DNA of 64,000 bases from Octopus vulgaris (GCA_951406725.2 OX597825.1:80600001-80664000), one strand, 5' to 3'; counted from the stretch's first letter, positions 12,792 to 55,465 are shown. The notes: generated by a model not told the origin, from the letters alone. Made by a program: numbers and translations.

Positions 12792-12985
12792 CTTTTCTAC
12801 TTTAGGCAACAAGGCACTAAATTTTGGGGGACGGGTCAGTCGATTAGATCGATCTTCAGTACGCAACAGGTTCTTATTTTATCTACCCCGATAATAAAAA
12901 ATCAGATTTTATCTACCCCGAAAGGATGAAAGGCAAAGTCGACCTCGGCGTAATTTGAACTCAGAACGTAAAGGCAGACATGATA

Positions 12986-13178
<193 letters not shown>

Positions 13179-13500
13179 GTAGTGACAGAGATAGAGAGAG
13201 AGTGGTGGAGATAAACATTATCAGGTTTGATATATATATATATATTCACACTAGCTTCAAAGCAGCCCTATCGACCGGCTTTTAAGCCAGCTCCTGTGAA
13301 CGGCTCTTCATTGGGCCTTGACCCAATACTGACACTTCACGCATTGAGCACGTATTTAAATTTTATTAACCTTGACCAATATTTGTCAAGCAATGAACAA
13401 TTTTCATCAAGACAACGATCTAATCTGTCGACCTGCAACTTATTGCAAAGCACCATGATAAACATTTTTTTGTCTTCCCATTCGAGTTTTTTCTGTCAAA

Positions 13501-13546
<46 letters not shown>

Positions 13547-14229
13547 CTGTTGATTGTTTTTAACCATCACAATCACCTGTACCACTTTATAAAAAATATC
13601 TGCGGTGAAATCTAAAACTGATTTGCTTATTATTATTATTGTTATTGTTGAATCATATAACTGTTGAGGATCTGTTTCTTAGAACTGAATAAGTCGAAGA
13701 TTTAGGGAAATTCTAAACGTGAAAGCTAGACCTAGAAACGAGGGGATTCAAAATGAACCTAGCAAATACAAACAAGAAGGATGTCGGGACCCCTTGTGAT
13801 ATCATCTGGGTAGTATTTATATTTATTATGCAAAAGGGGGTAGGCCAGAATTTCATAATCTAAAACTGACTTGCTTATTATTATTATTGTTATTGTTGCT
13901 GAAATTCCGCCGAGGTCGACTTTGCCTTTCATCGTTTCGAGGTACAATAAGCTACTAGCTGAGCACTGCAGTCGGTGTAATCGACTTCACCCCCTCCCCT
14001 CAAAATTGTTGCCTTGTGTCAAAATTAGAAAGGATTGTTATTAACGGTTTCATTTGACATTGATTGTTATGGCTTGGTTCGCTAGCGATGTGAACGTTCC
14101 CAGCGAGCTGCATTTAAATACTGCATTTGAATATTTAAGTGAAACAGAGAGGAGAAATAAATGAGAATTGCGTATACTTACTTAACCACACACACACACA
14201 CACACACACACATTTACACACACACACAC

Positions 14230-14278
<49 letters not shown>

Positions 14279-14579
14279 TTCGAAGCTGATGGCTTAGTTT
14301 ATTCTCGGTTTCTCTCTGTTAAGTAGAGATCACTTAAGAGGCGGAAAGGTTTATCAGGAGATTTATGGGAATTATCAACTTCGAACAAATATAGACTCTA
14401 CTACGTGTATTGACTACTCTCTCTCTCTCTCTCTCTCTCTCGAGTGTGTGTGTGTGTGTGTACGTGCACGCATGAGTATACACAAATACTATACACAAAG
14501 GCATCCCTCATCGATCAGTGTTGACCGTATATCGAGTAGCAGGAGGCTTACAAAAGGAAAGCTTTAGATTGAACATAAC

Positions 14580-15400
14580 ATGAAATAAGGGCTAGCTTTG
14601 ATTTTTAAGACAAACTTACAACAATGCTTTCGACGGGCAAAGGGTCAAGAGAGCCGTGCAAGGCATACATGGAGAAGCGTCAGCAATTTGAGAGTTTGCA
14701 ATGAGTTCAGGGGGAAATTTAAGGTGCAAACGGGTGTCCGTTAGGGGGTCGATTCTCAGCCCCCTCCTGTTATAGTTCCCCGCACAATAACAAAAGAGTT
14801 TAAGACCGTAGAATCATATAACTGTTGAGGATCTGTTTCTTAGAACTGAATAAGTCGAAGATTTAGGGAAATTCTAAACGTGAAAGCTAGACCTAGAAAC
14901 GAGGGGACCTCAAAATAAACCTAGCAAATACAAACAAGAAGGATGTCGGGACCCCCTTGTGATATCATCAGGGTTGTATTTATATTTACTATGCAAAAGG
15001 GGGTTGGCAAGAATTTCATACGGTGTACTCCATATAACCTACAAGGGTAGAAGAGGTATCGTGGGATCACAGGCTGACTGTCAGAGAAACTTTGCATGAG
15101 GTGGATATACAGAAGTAGCAAACAGTAAGATCACGCGTGAGCATTTGTTACCATCATCAACGGGGGTAGGTGTTTGGAAAGCATAGCAATCGGGTCAGAA
15201 TGGGGTAGAAGACTTTTTAGGGATCTATCACTTCTGCTAGGAGCAAAGATTCTTGTCTCTTACTGAACGACTGATTATACGACTCCCGTTTTATCCCTGT
15301 TATGTAGCACGGTAGCGAAATACGGGAATTGAAGGACTACGTTGGAAGGTTGGAAAGAAATCGAACATAAACTGACGAACGTGTCATGATAGGATCAATC
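14580..15400 (+). mobile_element. Highly decayed RTE-like reverse transcriptase remnant
   Basis: AFD and GSILSPLL-like residues in broken frames. Confidence 0.4.
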
Positions 15401-15552
15401 TCTTTGAAAGGCATGGGCACACAAGGCCCGGGGTCCTCAAGAGTTTAGAGGCTCGATTCTAATCTATGTTTGCTGTGGTTTGCTGTCAATAAATAAATAC
15501 TATAAGGCTCTTGCATTGATTTTGCGCGGCGAGCTACAATCTTTTATACTCT

Positions 15553-16080
15553 AAGCACAAGGACCGAAATTTTTAGGAAGGAGGCTAGTCGATTAGATCG
15601 ACCCTAGTACGCAACTGGTACTTAATTCAACGACCCCGAAAGGATGAAATGCAAAGTCGACCTCGGCGGAATTTGAACTCAGAACATAAAGACAGACGAA
15701 ATACCTATTTCTTTACTATCCACAAGGGGCTAAACATAGAGGGGACAAACAAGGACAGACAGACGGATTAAGTCGATTATATCAACCCCAGTGCGTAACT
15801 GGTACTTATTTAATCTATCCCGAACGGATGAAAGGCAAAGTCGACCTCGGCGGAATTTGAACTCAGAACATAGCGACAGACGAAATACCTATTTCTTTAC
15901 TATCCACAAGGGGCTAAACACAGAGGGGACAAACAAGGACAGACAGACGGATTAAGTCGATTATATCGACCCCAGTGCGTAACTGGTACTTATTTAATCT
16001 ATCCCGAACGGATGAAAGGCAAAGTCGATCTCGGCGGAATTTGAACTCAGAACATAGCGACAGACGAAATACCGCAAAGC
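15553..16080 (-). mobile_element. Tandem trimer of tRNA-derived SINE (Deu/Nin-core-like)
   Basis: Three ~185-bp units with B-box gagttcaaattcc and core gactttgcctttcatcc. Confidence 0.8.
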
Positions 16081-16198
16081 CTGGTTCCATTCTAAAGTAT
16101 TGACAAACTGTGTATCATCTTAACACCATAGATACGCCTGCCTTATGTTGTTCCTGTCTTTCTTTCGTCTCTTTTCTTTCTTGTAATAATGGCTGACT

Positions 16199-17330
16199 TT
16201 GAAATCATGCACACTCTGTAAATTACAGAAATTCCCCTATTACCGATCTAAAAGTAAATATAACACCTTCAAAAGTAATTACGCTATGAATACTAGTAAA
16301 AATATTTGGTTAATAATTCCTTACCGGAGACAAATTAAATCTAATCTCCCACTGCTGTTTCGTCAAGCTATTGCTAGGAATTTCCCAAACAATTCTAGAT
16401 ATTACTCTATAATTAATTCACATAAGGTTAGGATAGGATTTTCAAACACAAAAAATCTCTTGCAAATTATATCTTCTCATAATAACAAACTGTTAAATAT
16501 TAATACATTTACTAATACTAACATTAATTTAGCTAATACCATCCAACCCTCTAGAAATATTAATAACAAGGTTATTGTATCTGAAGTCAATCCCAATAGA
16601 ATTAAATTTATGTCAAGTAACTCTAAGATTAAAAATTCTATATACCAGTGTATAATCAGTACTCGTAATAAAGTACGATTTTACATTGGAAGCACATCGT
16701 TAGAGTTATCTAAAAGAATTTCTATCCATTACTCAACATTTAGGGATAGAAATAAACGGAATAGTACCGGTCTCAGCAAACTGATTTGGGATTTAAAAGA
16801 CCACAATGAACAATTTCATTTAGAATGGTTGATCCTCTCAATTTCGATACCATATGACAAAGGCAAGAAATTCTGTCTTCTCTGCAATTCTGAGCTATTT
16901 TTTCATTATTTTTTCTAAAAATACTCTAGTAAACACGGTTATAGAACGAGCATACAGATGTAAGCATTGGCAGAAACATACTTTTAGTGCATATAAGTAG
17001 TCTCTATCATTATATATAGTTTAGACTTAAATTTCCTTTATATTTAACATTCACTATTAGTATCCCTACTCTTTCTGTTAGCTACTTATGACGTTATATC
17101 ATATAACGTTTTTTTAAACAATATTAATAGCGTTCTGTCTATCGCTATACGAATCCATCATTTTTTGCTAAAATGTCGTATTGACGAGTTTCGTTTTTTC
17201 ACTTTCCCGAAGAGAAGATTGCATTGTTTATACCTTTTATTCTTTTGAATAGTATCAGTGGAATTTTCGAAACATATGTAGAAAGTAAAAATACTTGTTT
17301 AAACCTGCGTTAACTCCATTTTTTATTCAT
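16199..17330 (+). mobile_element. Penelope-like element 3' part: GIY-YIG endonuclease plus pseudo-LTR
   Basis: SIYQC...FYIGST...KRISIHYSTF...STGLSKLIWDLK...CLLCNSE; frameshifted CKH tail; hammerhead motif downstream. Confidence 0.85.
17201..17286 (+). ncRNA. Type I hammerhead ribozyme motif (PLE-associated, U4C core variant)
   Basis: Stem I ACTTTC/GAAAGT; core CCGAAGA; stem II GAAGATT..CATTG / CAGTG..AATTTTC; GAAA; palindromic CATATG stem III; GTA cleavage triplet. Confidence 0.65.
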
Positions 17331-17754
17331 ATTATATATATATATATATATAAGGCGCATGGCTCAGTGGTTTGACAGTCGGGTTTACAATCGTGAGGCT
17401 GTGAGTTCGATTCACCAGCCCGGGCTGTTCTCTCTTGAGCAAGATACTTTATTTCAGGCTGCTCCAGTCCACTCAGATGTAGAAATAGGTTGCGACATAT
17501 CAGTCTTTATCTTAGACAACATTGGTCACGTAGAGAGGAGAGACCGGTAATGCATGGGCCACTGTTAGTTTCGCGCAAACAACCTTGCCTGAAGGGGAAC
17601 TTTCCGGGTGCAATCCCATGGTCATCTATATAAAGGGTAAAGAGCCCATCTGTGCGTCTATATATGCATATTCATACAGACACCTCTATGTATAGTCACA
17701 CGCATATACATCTCTCTCTATATATCTATCTATCTATCTCTATATATATAGAGA

Positions 17755-17986
17755 GAGAGCTGGCGGTGAGCTGGCAGAAATGTTGCCGGGCGAAATGCGT
17801 AGCCGTATTTCGTCCGCCGTTACGTTCCGAGTTCAAATTCCGCCGAGGTCGACTTTGCCTTTCATCCTTTCGGGGGTCGATAAATAAAGTACCAGTTACG
17901 CACTGGGGTCGATGTAATCGACTTAATCCCTTTGTCTGTCCTTGTTTGTCCCCTCTATGTTTAGCCCTTTGTGGGCAGTAAAGAAA
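17755..17986 (+). mobile_element. tRNA-derived SINE (Deu/Nin-core-like)
   Basis: A/B-box head and core. Further copies at 18385-18615(-), 43250-43430(+), 50132-50355(+), 55070-55243(+), 57210-57405(-), 12795-12980(-). Confidence 0.8.
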
Positions 17987-20886
17987 TATATATATATATA
18001 GAGAGAGACACACATACAGGTGCACACCCGTCTCTCATTACACACACATGTACTAAATTAATTATGAACTTCAATAATGTTTCCAATTATTAAGACTTAT
18101 CTGTTTAAATTACTTCGCATTCCTATTTTAGCGGTTGCAAAATCCCGTCTATCATTTCAAATACAAAAATATTATTTTACACATACCGTTTTATTCGCTT
18201 TTATTCTGCTTTTCATATTAAAATAAAGAAGAAAAAAAAAACAAATGTTTCTTTTTAACTTTGATAAACCACTGTCCCTCAAAATCAAGTGCAGGGGCCT
18301 TGGGTTATTTCAGAATAGAACATAAGTGTGTAGTACGTAAAGTTTTAATTACAAATTCTTATACGTTATATATATATATATATATTTCTTTACTGTCCAC
18401 AAGGGGCTAAACATAGAGGGGACAAACAAGGACAGACAAAGGGATTAAGTCGATTACATCGACCCCAGTGCGAAACTGGTACTTTATTTATCGACCCGGA
18501 AAGGATAAAAGGCAAAGTCGACCTCAGCGGAATTTGAACATAGAACGTAACGGCAGACGAAATACTGCTAAGCATTTCGCCCGACGTACTAACGTTTCTG
18601 CCAGCTCACCGCCTTCTTATACGTTATATATAACCTGTATATGCATGCTATATAATAAATTTGTCTGTTTATGGTGGGTTGCACGTTTTACTGGTTTAAA
18701 AATCGAAGTTCGTGATGTGGAAAGAAAAAAGATCCAGAAATACAGAGTTTTTTTTCTTTTCAAAAATTCTGATGCAAAAGATAAGTAATCGTCCAAATTA
18801 TTAACTATTGCACTCAATCTACGCACAAGAGTATTTTAAGTCTTCAGAAGTCACATAATTTGTAATACCATTTTCACATAGGAAAGATAACGTCTTTTAA
18901 ACAAACTCAATGTCTACGAAATGTTTAACTGCTTCTACTAAAGCGGCATTCCTGCCTGACTTCCACTGTTATAACTAAAACAAATTGAAGAAAATAGTCC
19001 TATTTATGCAGTTTCTGGTTTGTTTAATTAGTAAACAAAAATATATATAAAATAAATAGGTTACATCAGACATCAAAGATTTTTGTTACAGAAAAAGATG
19101 TTTTTTGAACGCTTATTTTAAAATCTGTGTTCAAAATTGTTCTGTTGCATCTATGAGGGTTATGTTAGGCTGTTGGTTTCAAATAAGGACGAAATCTTTG
19201 TAATAAATACAAAAAACATGAAATATGTATATTCTGTGCATCTTCGTTGCTCTTCGATTTAAACTAACTTCTCTATGATTTATCTAAAAGTGATCATCTC
19301 CCTTACAATAACTGCCATCATGGCACACATGTGTTCAAACTAGCTATTTGGTGCATAACTAAATATGTAATCTAGCTTCCTTTCACGTGACTCGTCCCAA
19401 TTGCTTTTCTGGATCTTGTGAAGTAATTCTAAATAGAAGTTCTTGCTTAATACGCTTAGACAAGTTCTGGAAGGCTTGTGGACAATTATACACTCATGGA
19501 GCAGAAAGGAGAAATATAGCTAAGTAGCATTTGCAAAGGTGGAAACCCAAAGAGGGATTAGTTCCTCGAGCCTTAGAACTCACAGGACCGGTTACCTGGT
19601 TTCCTTAGCAACATAAGTGATCGAGGTCACAACATTCTTTCTGAATGGAACATCAGCCATTTGCAGGATTCTGGGTCAGCAATTATGAGTTGAGGAATAA
19701 AACGATTACACCGATCCCAGCGCATGACTAGGTTTAAAGACCGCAAAGCGATGAAAAGCAGATTTGTCCTCGGAAGGATTTGAGTTTAGATTGTGGAACC
19801 AGAGGGAATGCCGCTTAACATTTTCTTCGACGTGTTAAGGATTCTGTCTGTTGGCCTCCTTAAAAAAGGACCAGACACGTCACATTTGCTGTGAACTGTA
19901 CAATGAAAGGTTAACAGCTTGATCGAATTTTAAAAAGAAAATCTATGTCATTCATTATCCCTTTAGTTTAATGAGAATCCTCAAACTGTTGATCACCCGT
20001 AAAAATCAATGCCTCAAGAACAAGCCAACCCTTTGCCAGAAAAACTTCCATCGACCAAAAAAAAAAGAAAAAAAAAAGATGAATATTCGTGTAGACCAGC
20101 CTTGCATTTCTCTGCTCGACGTCCATAAAGTAAGATACCAGTTAAATACTCGCGTCGACGTAATCGAATTTTCTGGCCTTATGCTTATCATCAATGCAGT
20201 GAACTGGTTAGCTAGGAAGATAAAAAGCTTTGCGGTATTTCTTCCAACTCATTACGTCAAGGTCAACTTCATCCTTTCGGGGTCGATAAATGAATATCAC
20301 TCAACTAGACCCTCCCCCACATCCCTTGCTATCAAAAGGGGTAATAAAATAAACAAGATAGAATTCTGAATATTGCCTATACGTATATTACACTAGTTAG
20401 TGATAGTCTAAATTTTATTTTCCAAAATACAAAATGTTACCAGTTTATACACAGAATAAATACTTTAAGTACAAACGATACGCATATATAATATAGTACA
20501 AAAAAATATATATGCACGTGTCTTATACCACATAATATACTGTATAATGGTGTACAATATATACATATTCTCTAAAACCCATTGCATGTTGCATATATTA
20601 GATAAAGTATATATGTTAAATAAATGTATGTTTATCATTCCATTTAAAATTATATAACATCTTTTGATATATATATATATATATGTGTGTGTGTATGTGT
20701 ATGTGTGTTTGTGTGTACACACAGCATGTTATATTATATATATATACACGCATATACATACACATACACATGTATAGATGTACATATACATTATAGTGTA
20801 TGTGCAGATATATATGCTATAATGTATATGCGCGTATAAATTATGCATATACACACATGTATATGGATATATGTACACAATATATA

Positions 20887-21250
20887 TTGTGTGGTAGGTA
20901 GCTTGCTTACAAAACACATGGTTCCGGATTCATTCCCACTGCATAGCACCTTGGGCAAGTGTCTTCTACTATAGCCTTGGGCCGACCAAAGCCTTGTGAG
21001 TGGATTTGGTAGACGGAAACTAAAAGAAGCCCGTCGTATATATGTATGTGTGTGTATATGTTTGTGTGTGTTTGTTCCCCAACATCGCTTGACAACCGAT
21101 GCTGGTGTGTTCCCCGTAACGTAGTGGTTCGGCGAGAGACTGATAGAATAAGTACAAGGCTTACAAAGAATAAGTCCTGGGGTCGATTTGCCCGACTAAA
21201 GGCAGTGCTGCAGCATGGACACAGTCAAATGACTCAAACAAGTAAAAGAG
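20887..21250 (+). mobile_element. tRNA-derived CORE-like SINE with internal microsatellite
   Basis: tgtggtaggtagcttgc head, gcaccttgggcaagt core, gtgctgcagcatgg tail. Copies at 42337-42718(+), 33283-33565(-), 25690-25955(+). Confidence 0.8.
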
Positions 21251-21429
21251 ATAGAAATACGTATACATACAATAAGCATATAATATGGAGAATTTTTTTA
21301 TGTGTATTATATACATACATATAAGAGTGTGCTATATGTATATATATGTATGCACGGCAAAAGTATTCATGAATAAATTGTTAATGGATAATAAGAAAAC
21401 TGCAAAAACAATATGGCGCCGGACTAAAT

Positions 21430-21970
21430 GCTTCACAACATTAAGTTTTATTCTTGTTGGTTTTGTGTGAAATGATACAAGTTTTACTTTTTCTCTTCCA
21501 TTGGAGTCAACAGAATTTGCAGCGGTATTTCGTTGCTTCGTCGAGATGTCTATACGCCATATCTTGCAAAATATAGCTTTGAAATTGAAAATGTATTAAT
21601 AAATGAGGTTTGAGAAGATACTCCGGATAATATGTCATATTGGATAGTTCCTCTCTATTCTGAAAATGTGCTCTTCTGATTTTATAAAATTTTTGGGTGA
21701 ACTCTCTCAGGAGCAAGGATTTGAAGTGGGCATCAATACACATTCCTCTCCCAACAAATTAGGAAATTAATATGTATTGGTTTTCTTTTAACAAACAGAA
21801 AGAAAGGCTCTATATTTGTGTATCCAAAAATATTTAGCACGTCTATGTCCACTAGGACGCGGGAAGACCGTCTCTCTGTAGAAATAGTATCAGGATAAAA
21901 TTCTCCTCATAGGGACTATATATGAAAACGCATCACTGAGTTATGACTGACATCACTGGATTGTAGGCCG
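21430..21970 (-). mobile_element. Possible decayed piggyBac-like transposase C-terminal remnant
   Basis: Weak: YN..M motif and RH...RCKFC..KRK Cys-rich tail in broken frames. Confidence 0.25.
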
Positions 21971-23028
21971 TTTGCGTTTCTGCGTCGTTACTCTTTAATA
22001 ATGTAAGTGAATTGAAATGCTTTCCATTGGCAACTGGAACCATTAGGTTAAAATAAATTGAGCGATTAATTCATGCTTTCCATCGGTGATCAAGGACTTA
22101 CAAACAAAAATACTTTTCCTTCGATATTCCACCATAATTAGGAATAAGAACTTGTGGCTCTCATACTTTTCTTCATGCATTAACCACAAAGGTAAAAGGA
22201 AGTGAATCGACCTTAAGAGTGTACACTGGTTTCTTTAGGACTAAAGAACAAAGGCTACGTATAGTAGACTCTTCCACCAAGAAATAAAAAGGAAGTTTCT
22301 CTCATCATTCAATTTCCAATGGCATCAATAGTGGAATACGAGGTCGCTCGATTCAATTAATAGTAACCATAGTAACCATAGCTGTGTCTCGTTATGTCTA
22401 AAATCCAAATTATATTCTATTTCTCACACATGAAACACATACGTTAAAAATAATGAAATTTATATTTTTATTACTTAAATATGTGGTCAACGACCTTTTA
22501 TAATTAAAATAGAAATTAATCTCATTTCCAATTAATGACTTTTTTATGAACATCTCCAAATAGAAGTGTAGTTATAACAGCGAAAGGTGTAACTTCGTTA
22601 ACGAGACCCCATAAGGGATTTCACCAACGTTTGGAGTTCTCTTTCCTTGTTGATCGCGATAGACAACAACGTTTACTAACACCATATTGGTTTTTTCTCC
22701 TTATCGCTGCATTTAATCATTCTGAAGATATTTCTCATTAAAAACATTTGGAATAGTAAAAACCGTCAAAGAATTGTTTAAAGATAGAAAAAAAAAATAT
22801 GAAAAATAAAATACAATTAAAATGTACATTATAAAAAATTATAAACACAGGAATTATTAATATAAGATGTGATATTTTAGCAAAATGTACTTTGTGTTTT
22901 CGAGGTTCATTCCTTAGCTTCAAATTTCTTTTGGTAATAAAATACGAAAACTAAGAAATAAACTTAAAAAATAAATCCTGCAAATGGCAGATCCTGAGAT
23001 GAGATTCGTAAAAAATTAAGATTTCCCG

Positions 23029-51138
<28,110 letters not shown>

Positions 51139-51368
51139 GGTACTCTATTTGCAAGGTCGATCGATTGGAATATTGATTAGTAACCTTTAAACTGTGGAAA
51201 AGGATTGAATGAAAGCGCGTGCTAAACGGGCAAAAAAGATAAAAATCTTCCTTTTTCCTAAGGGTAATTTATATATTGATTTTCTCTTTAAATAAGTCCT
51301 AAAAATATAATTGTTTGTCTTTCGCACCGTAAAATCTCATTATGGAAAAATGCTGTAAAAATATTTAC

Positions 51369-51700
51369 TTCCCTTTCTTGGTGGTTGTATCCATGTGAAA
51401 GGTTTGAAGCATCGAATGTTAGGTTCTCCGTTTAAAGGTTAAGTGTTCTTACAGTCGTCAATAATATCGAAGAAATCACAAACATTTTAATCTCCTCGGT
51501 GAATCAGTTTTGTGTCGAACAAGAAGCCGGGTAGAAGAGTACATATTATAACGATATTGGTCTGCTTATTTCTCCGTAAGGAACTAGAATCGTGTCAGCA
51601 AGTCGAAAACTTTCAGTCGTTTTGCGTGAGAAAACATCAAATAACAAGCTGGAACATCAAGTAACACATAGCACCAGACACCTCAGGGTGGGCTTTGAAG
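51369..51700 (-). promoter_or_regulatory. Putative 5'UTR exon / proximal promoter of paralog B
   Basis: Homologous to A 11931-12260. Confidence 0.45.
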
Positions 51701-51920
51701 TTCATGAACGTTAACACTTATGTAAATAAATGTGTGGAAGTTAAAATTTCATTTCTCACACAACGCGTTCCAACAAAAGCGACCAGAGGCTTTATTACGC
51801 AGTTAGAACCAGTTTAAATACACACACAAAGGGGCGCATGTATGCATCCATTTGCATATCCCACACACATAATCTCGTTCTCTCTCGCTACCTCTCTCAT
51901 ATATATGTACACATACAAAA

Positions 51921-53680
51921 TATTTCTTTATTGACCACTGAGGGCCCAACATAGAAGGGACAGTAGGAGGACAGACAACACAAAGTGGGGACATAAAACA
52001 GCGAATGAATGAAAATAAATTATAAATAAATGAAGGTGCAATGGCTACTCGAACCCCACTTTCCAGTGGTGCGATTTAACTGTTTTTTTATCAAAATTTT
52101 TCAGTTTTTTTTGTATGATCTCAAAATTTACATTATTTTACCAGTTTATATACGGTCTCAAATCGTCAAAGTCCACGACTGGAGGTAGGGCATCATTCGT
52201 CGCCTCCACTGTTTGATCCGAACAATTCCCTTAATTTAGCGTACCTTTTCTTGTCTATTAGTATAATTTAGTGTCTTCTGTATATTCCACAGCCAGTAAT
52301 TTCACTCTAATCACCGATTTGAATTTGGTGATTTTTCGTTCAATTGCTGTGCTTTTTGTGTACGTCATAATATACACTTTGTTTTTACGGGGACTTTTGA
52401 GGGACTGTGTGTTATGCCCATCTGTGTCTGTTTGTCTACGAGGTGAACTCGGACTAGCTAGGGCGGTTTCTTTTCTTTTTTTTTTTAGTGTTACTGGTGG
52501 TGATGTATGCTGTGTGAATGTATCTTGTGTGTTGTGTGTTTGTTGTACAATGTCTTCTGTTTTACTATTCTTCCTCTTCTTTGTGCTTTTCGGGGGTGTA
52601 TCTACCGTTTCCCTTTTCTTTCTTTTGGGTACTTCGGTAAATCCCTCCTCCTCTGTGTCTTCCACACCATTCTACTGGGCTGGGTACTCCTACTTTGTTC
52701 ATGCTGAATTGCGTTATGGTGCTTTTTTTTTACAGACCAATATCGTTATATGTACCCCTACTTTGTTCATGCTGGTTTTCTGTGATTTTACTGTTTATCT
52801 GGGGGCACTTTATTTTAATGTGCCCCTTTTTCCTACAGTGGTAGTAGGTGGGCGATCTTCCCTCTATCACCCATCTCTGCTTTATAACTTTAGGTAGCAA
52901 CGCCTCTTCTGCTATTTCTTTCAGGTTTTGCTGGGTGGCCTGGATAACCATTTCCAGTCTTGTAACCTCATCAATTCATCTTCTTTCTTCTTTCCACTTG
53001 TATTATCTTTGCGTCTTCTTGGGTTCCGTACATCACGGCTGCAACCAGCCACACTTCTTCAATATCAGGTGGGACCCTGCCTATCCTAATTCTTGCGACT
53101 CTTTTGCCGCAGTGGGTTGGCAGGAGCACCCATTCTTGTGACCTAAGCAGCACAACGGAGTGATTTATTGCCTCTTCTTCGGTGGTAAACCTCACTACCA
53201 CTGTGCCATATCTTCTTCCTCTAGAGTAGAATGTTACAACACTTTTCACTTCTTCCAGACATTTCTCAATGGCTTCCTCTGATGCCATCTCAACCTTCTT
53301 ACTGGTTATAGACAGCGTTCTGTAAACCACTGTCCTAGTTTTGTTGATTACTTCCTCTGGAGGGAGTCAACTTTAAACTAGACCCCTCCTTCTGGATCAG
53401 TTCCTTGTACTCTTCTAACTTCTCAGGTTCATGATCGTCGTGGTGATGCGGCTTCCAGCAGCAGAAGCATAGCTCCCAGCAAGGGCTCGTTCCAGTTCAC
53501 AATTCATTTTTTTTTCGAATCCCTTCGCCCCAAAATGGGGGAAAGAAAACAAACGAAACATAGGCCCACGGCAAAATGACAACAGTATTCAACAAAATTC
53601 CAGAACTTCAACAATAGGCAAACTCGCCAGGGAGAACTTTCAACAAAAGATAACATAGTTTATCTGCAACGGGATCACAA
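51921..53680 (-). mobile_element. Tx1/L1-like ORF1 (gag-like zinc knuckle) non-autonomous retroelement, B-specific
   Basis: VARIRIGRVPPDIEEVWLVAA and YYHCRKKGHIKIKCP; interrupts A/B upstream homology; related fragment at about 62200-62550(+). Confidence 0.65.
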
Positions 53681-53834
53681 AATGATCCCACGGTGGGATT
53701 TGAAATCAAAATCTTGAGCCTGTCATCAATCTAACCTTCATGTGTATGTGTGAGTGTGTGTGTGTGTACACACACACGCACACACGCAAACACACACACA
53801 CACATGTATACATACACATATGTATACACACACG

Positions 53835-54382
53835 CTTTTCTACTCTAGGCACAAGGCCCAAAATTTTTGGGGAAGGGCGCCAGTCGATTAGATTGACCCA
53901 GTACGCAACTGGTACTTAATTTATCGACCATGAAAGGATGAAAGGCAAAGTCAACCTCGGCGTAATTTGAACTCATAACGTAAAGACAGACAAGATGCCT
54001 ATTTCTTTACTACCCACAAGGGGCTAAACACAGAGAGGACAAACAAGGACAGACAAACGGATTAAGTCGATTATATCTACCCCAGTGCGTAACTGGTACT
54101 TATTTAATCGACCCCGAAAGAATGAAAGGCAAAGTCGACCGCGGCGGAATTTGAACTCAGAACATAGCGACAGACAAGATACCTATTTCTTTACTAACAA
54201 CAAGGAGCTAAACACAGAGGGGACAAACAAGGACATACAAACGGATTAAGTCGATTATATCGACCCCAGTGCGTAACTGGTACTTAATTTATCAACCCCG
54301 AAAGGTTGAAAGGCAAAGTCGACCTCGACGTAATTTGAACTCAGAACGTAGGGCAGACGAAATACCGCTAAGCATTTCGCCC
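53835..54382 (-). mobile_element. Tandem trimer of tRNA-derived SINE
   Basis: Same structure as 15553-16080. Confidence 0.8.
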
Positions 54383-55239
54383 ATATATATGCATTAAGTA
54401 CATATTAAATTTTATAAAACTTGACCAATATTTTTCGAACAATGAACAATTTTCATCAAAACAACGATATAATCTGTCGACCTGCAACTTACTGCAAAGC
54501 TGCATGATAAACAACATTTTTTGTCCTCCCATTCAGGCGTCAGTACAATTTTTTTCCTTTCTAACCTCTTTCTTTCTTTCTCTCTTACTTTCTGTTGATT
54601 GTTTTCAACCATCTCCACCACAACTGAAATACACTCACCATTCAGACTTCTCACGCCACCACCATCAATGCCTTTGACTTCTCCGCCTTCCACCACCTTC
54701 ACCATCGTCTTTCTCATCGCTTACTCTCACCTTTGTCTCTGACTGCTTCAGACACCACCACCACCACCACCATTGTCCCTGACTGCTTCAGCTACCACCA
54801 TCATCACCGTCACCTCCACCTCTATCACAACGACAGCTCATACTATTACTATCACCTCATTGCCATCACAACCGTCAATCTACTACCGTCCCTATTCCTA
54901 TCATTGCTCTCACCCCAACATGAGTAATAGTACGAGTGTCAATGAATAGTGAGAGAGGGTGTCGAAGTGTGACACACTGACACACAGAAACTAGTTTTCA
55001 CATTTATTATAATATATATATATATATAAATATATATCCTATCGACGACGTTCATTAATAATATTTTAGAGGCGGCGAGCTGGCAGAAACGTTAGCACGC
55101 CGGACGAAATGTGTAGCCGTATTTCGTCTGCCGTTACATTCTGAGTTCAAATTCCGACATACTCCCTTTGTAATCGACTTACTCCCTTTGTCTGTTCTTG
55201 TTTGTCCTCTCTATGTCTAGCCTATTGTGGGTTATAAAG

Positions 55240-55465
<226 letters not shown>

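Noticed and set aside
17353-17425. tRNA-like sequence (also at about 60071-60140)
   Set aside because: A/B boxes run into a SINE body with no complete cloverleaf; these are SINE heads.
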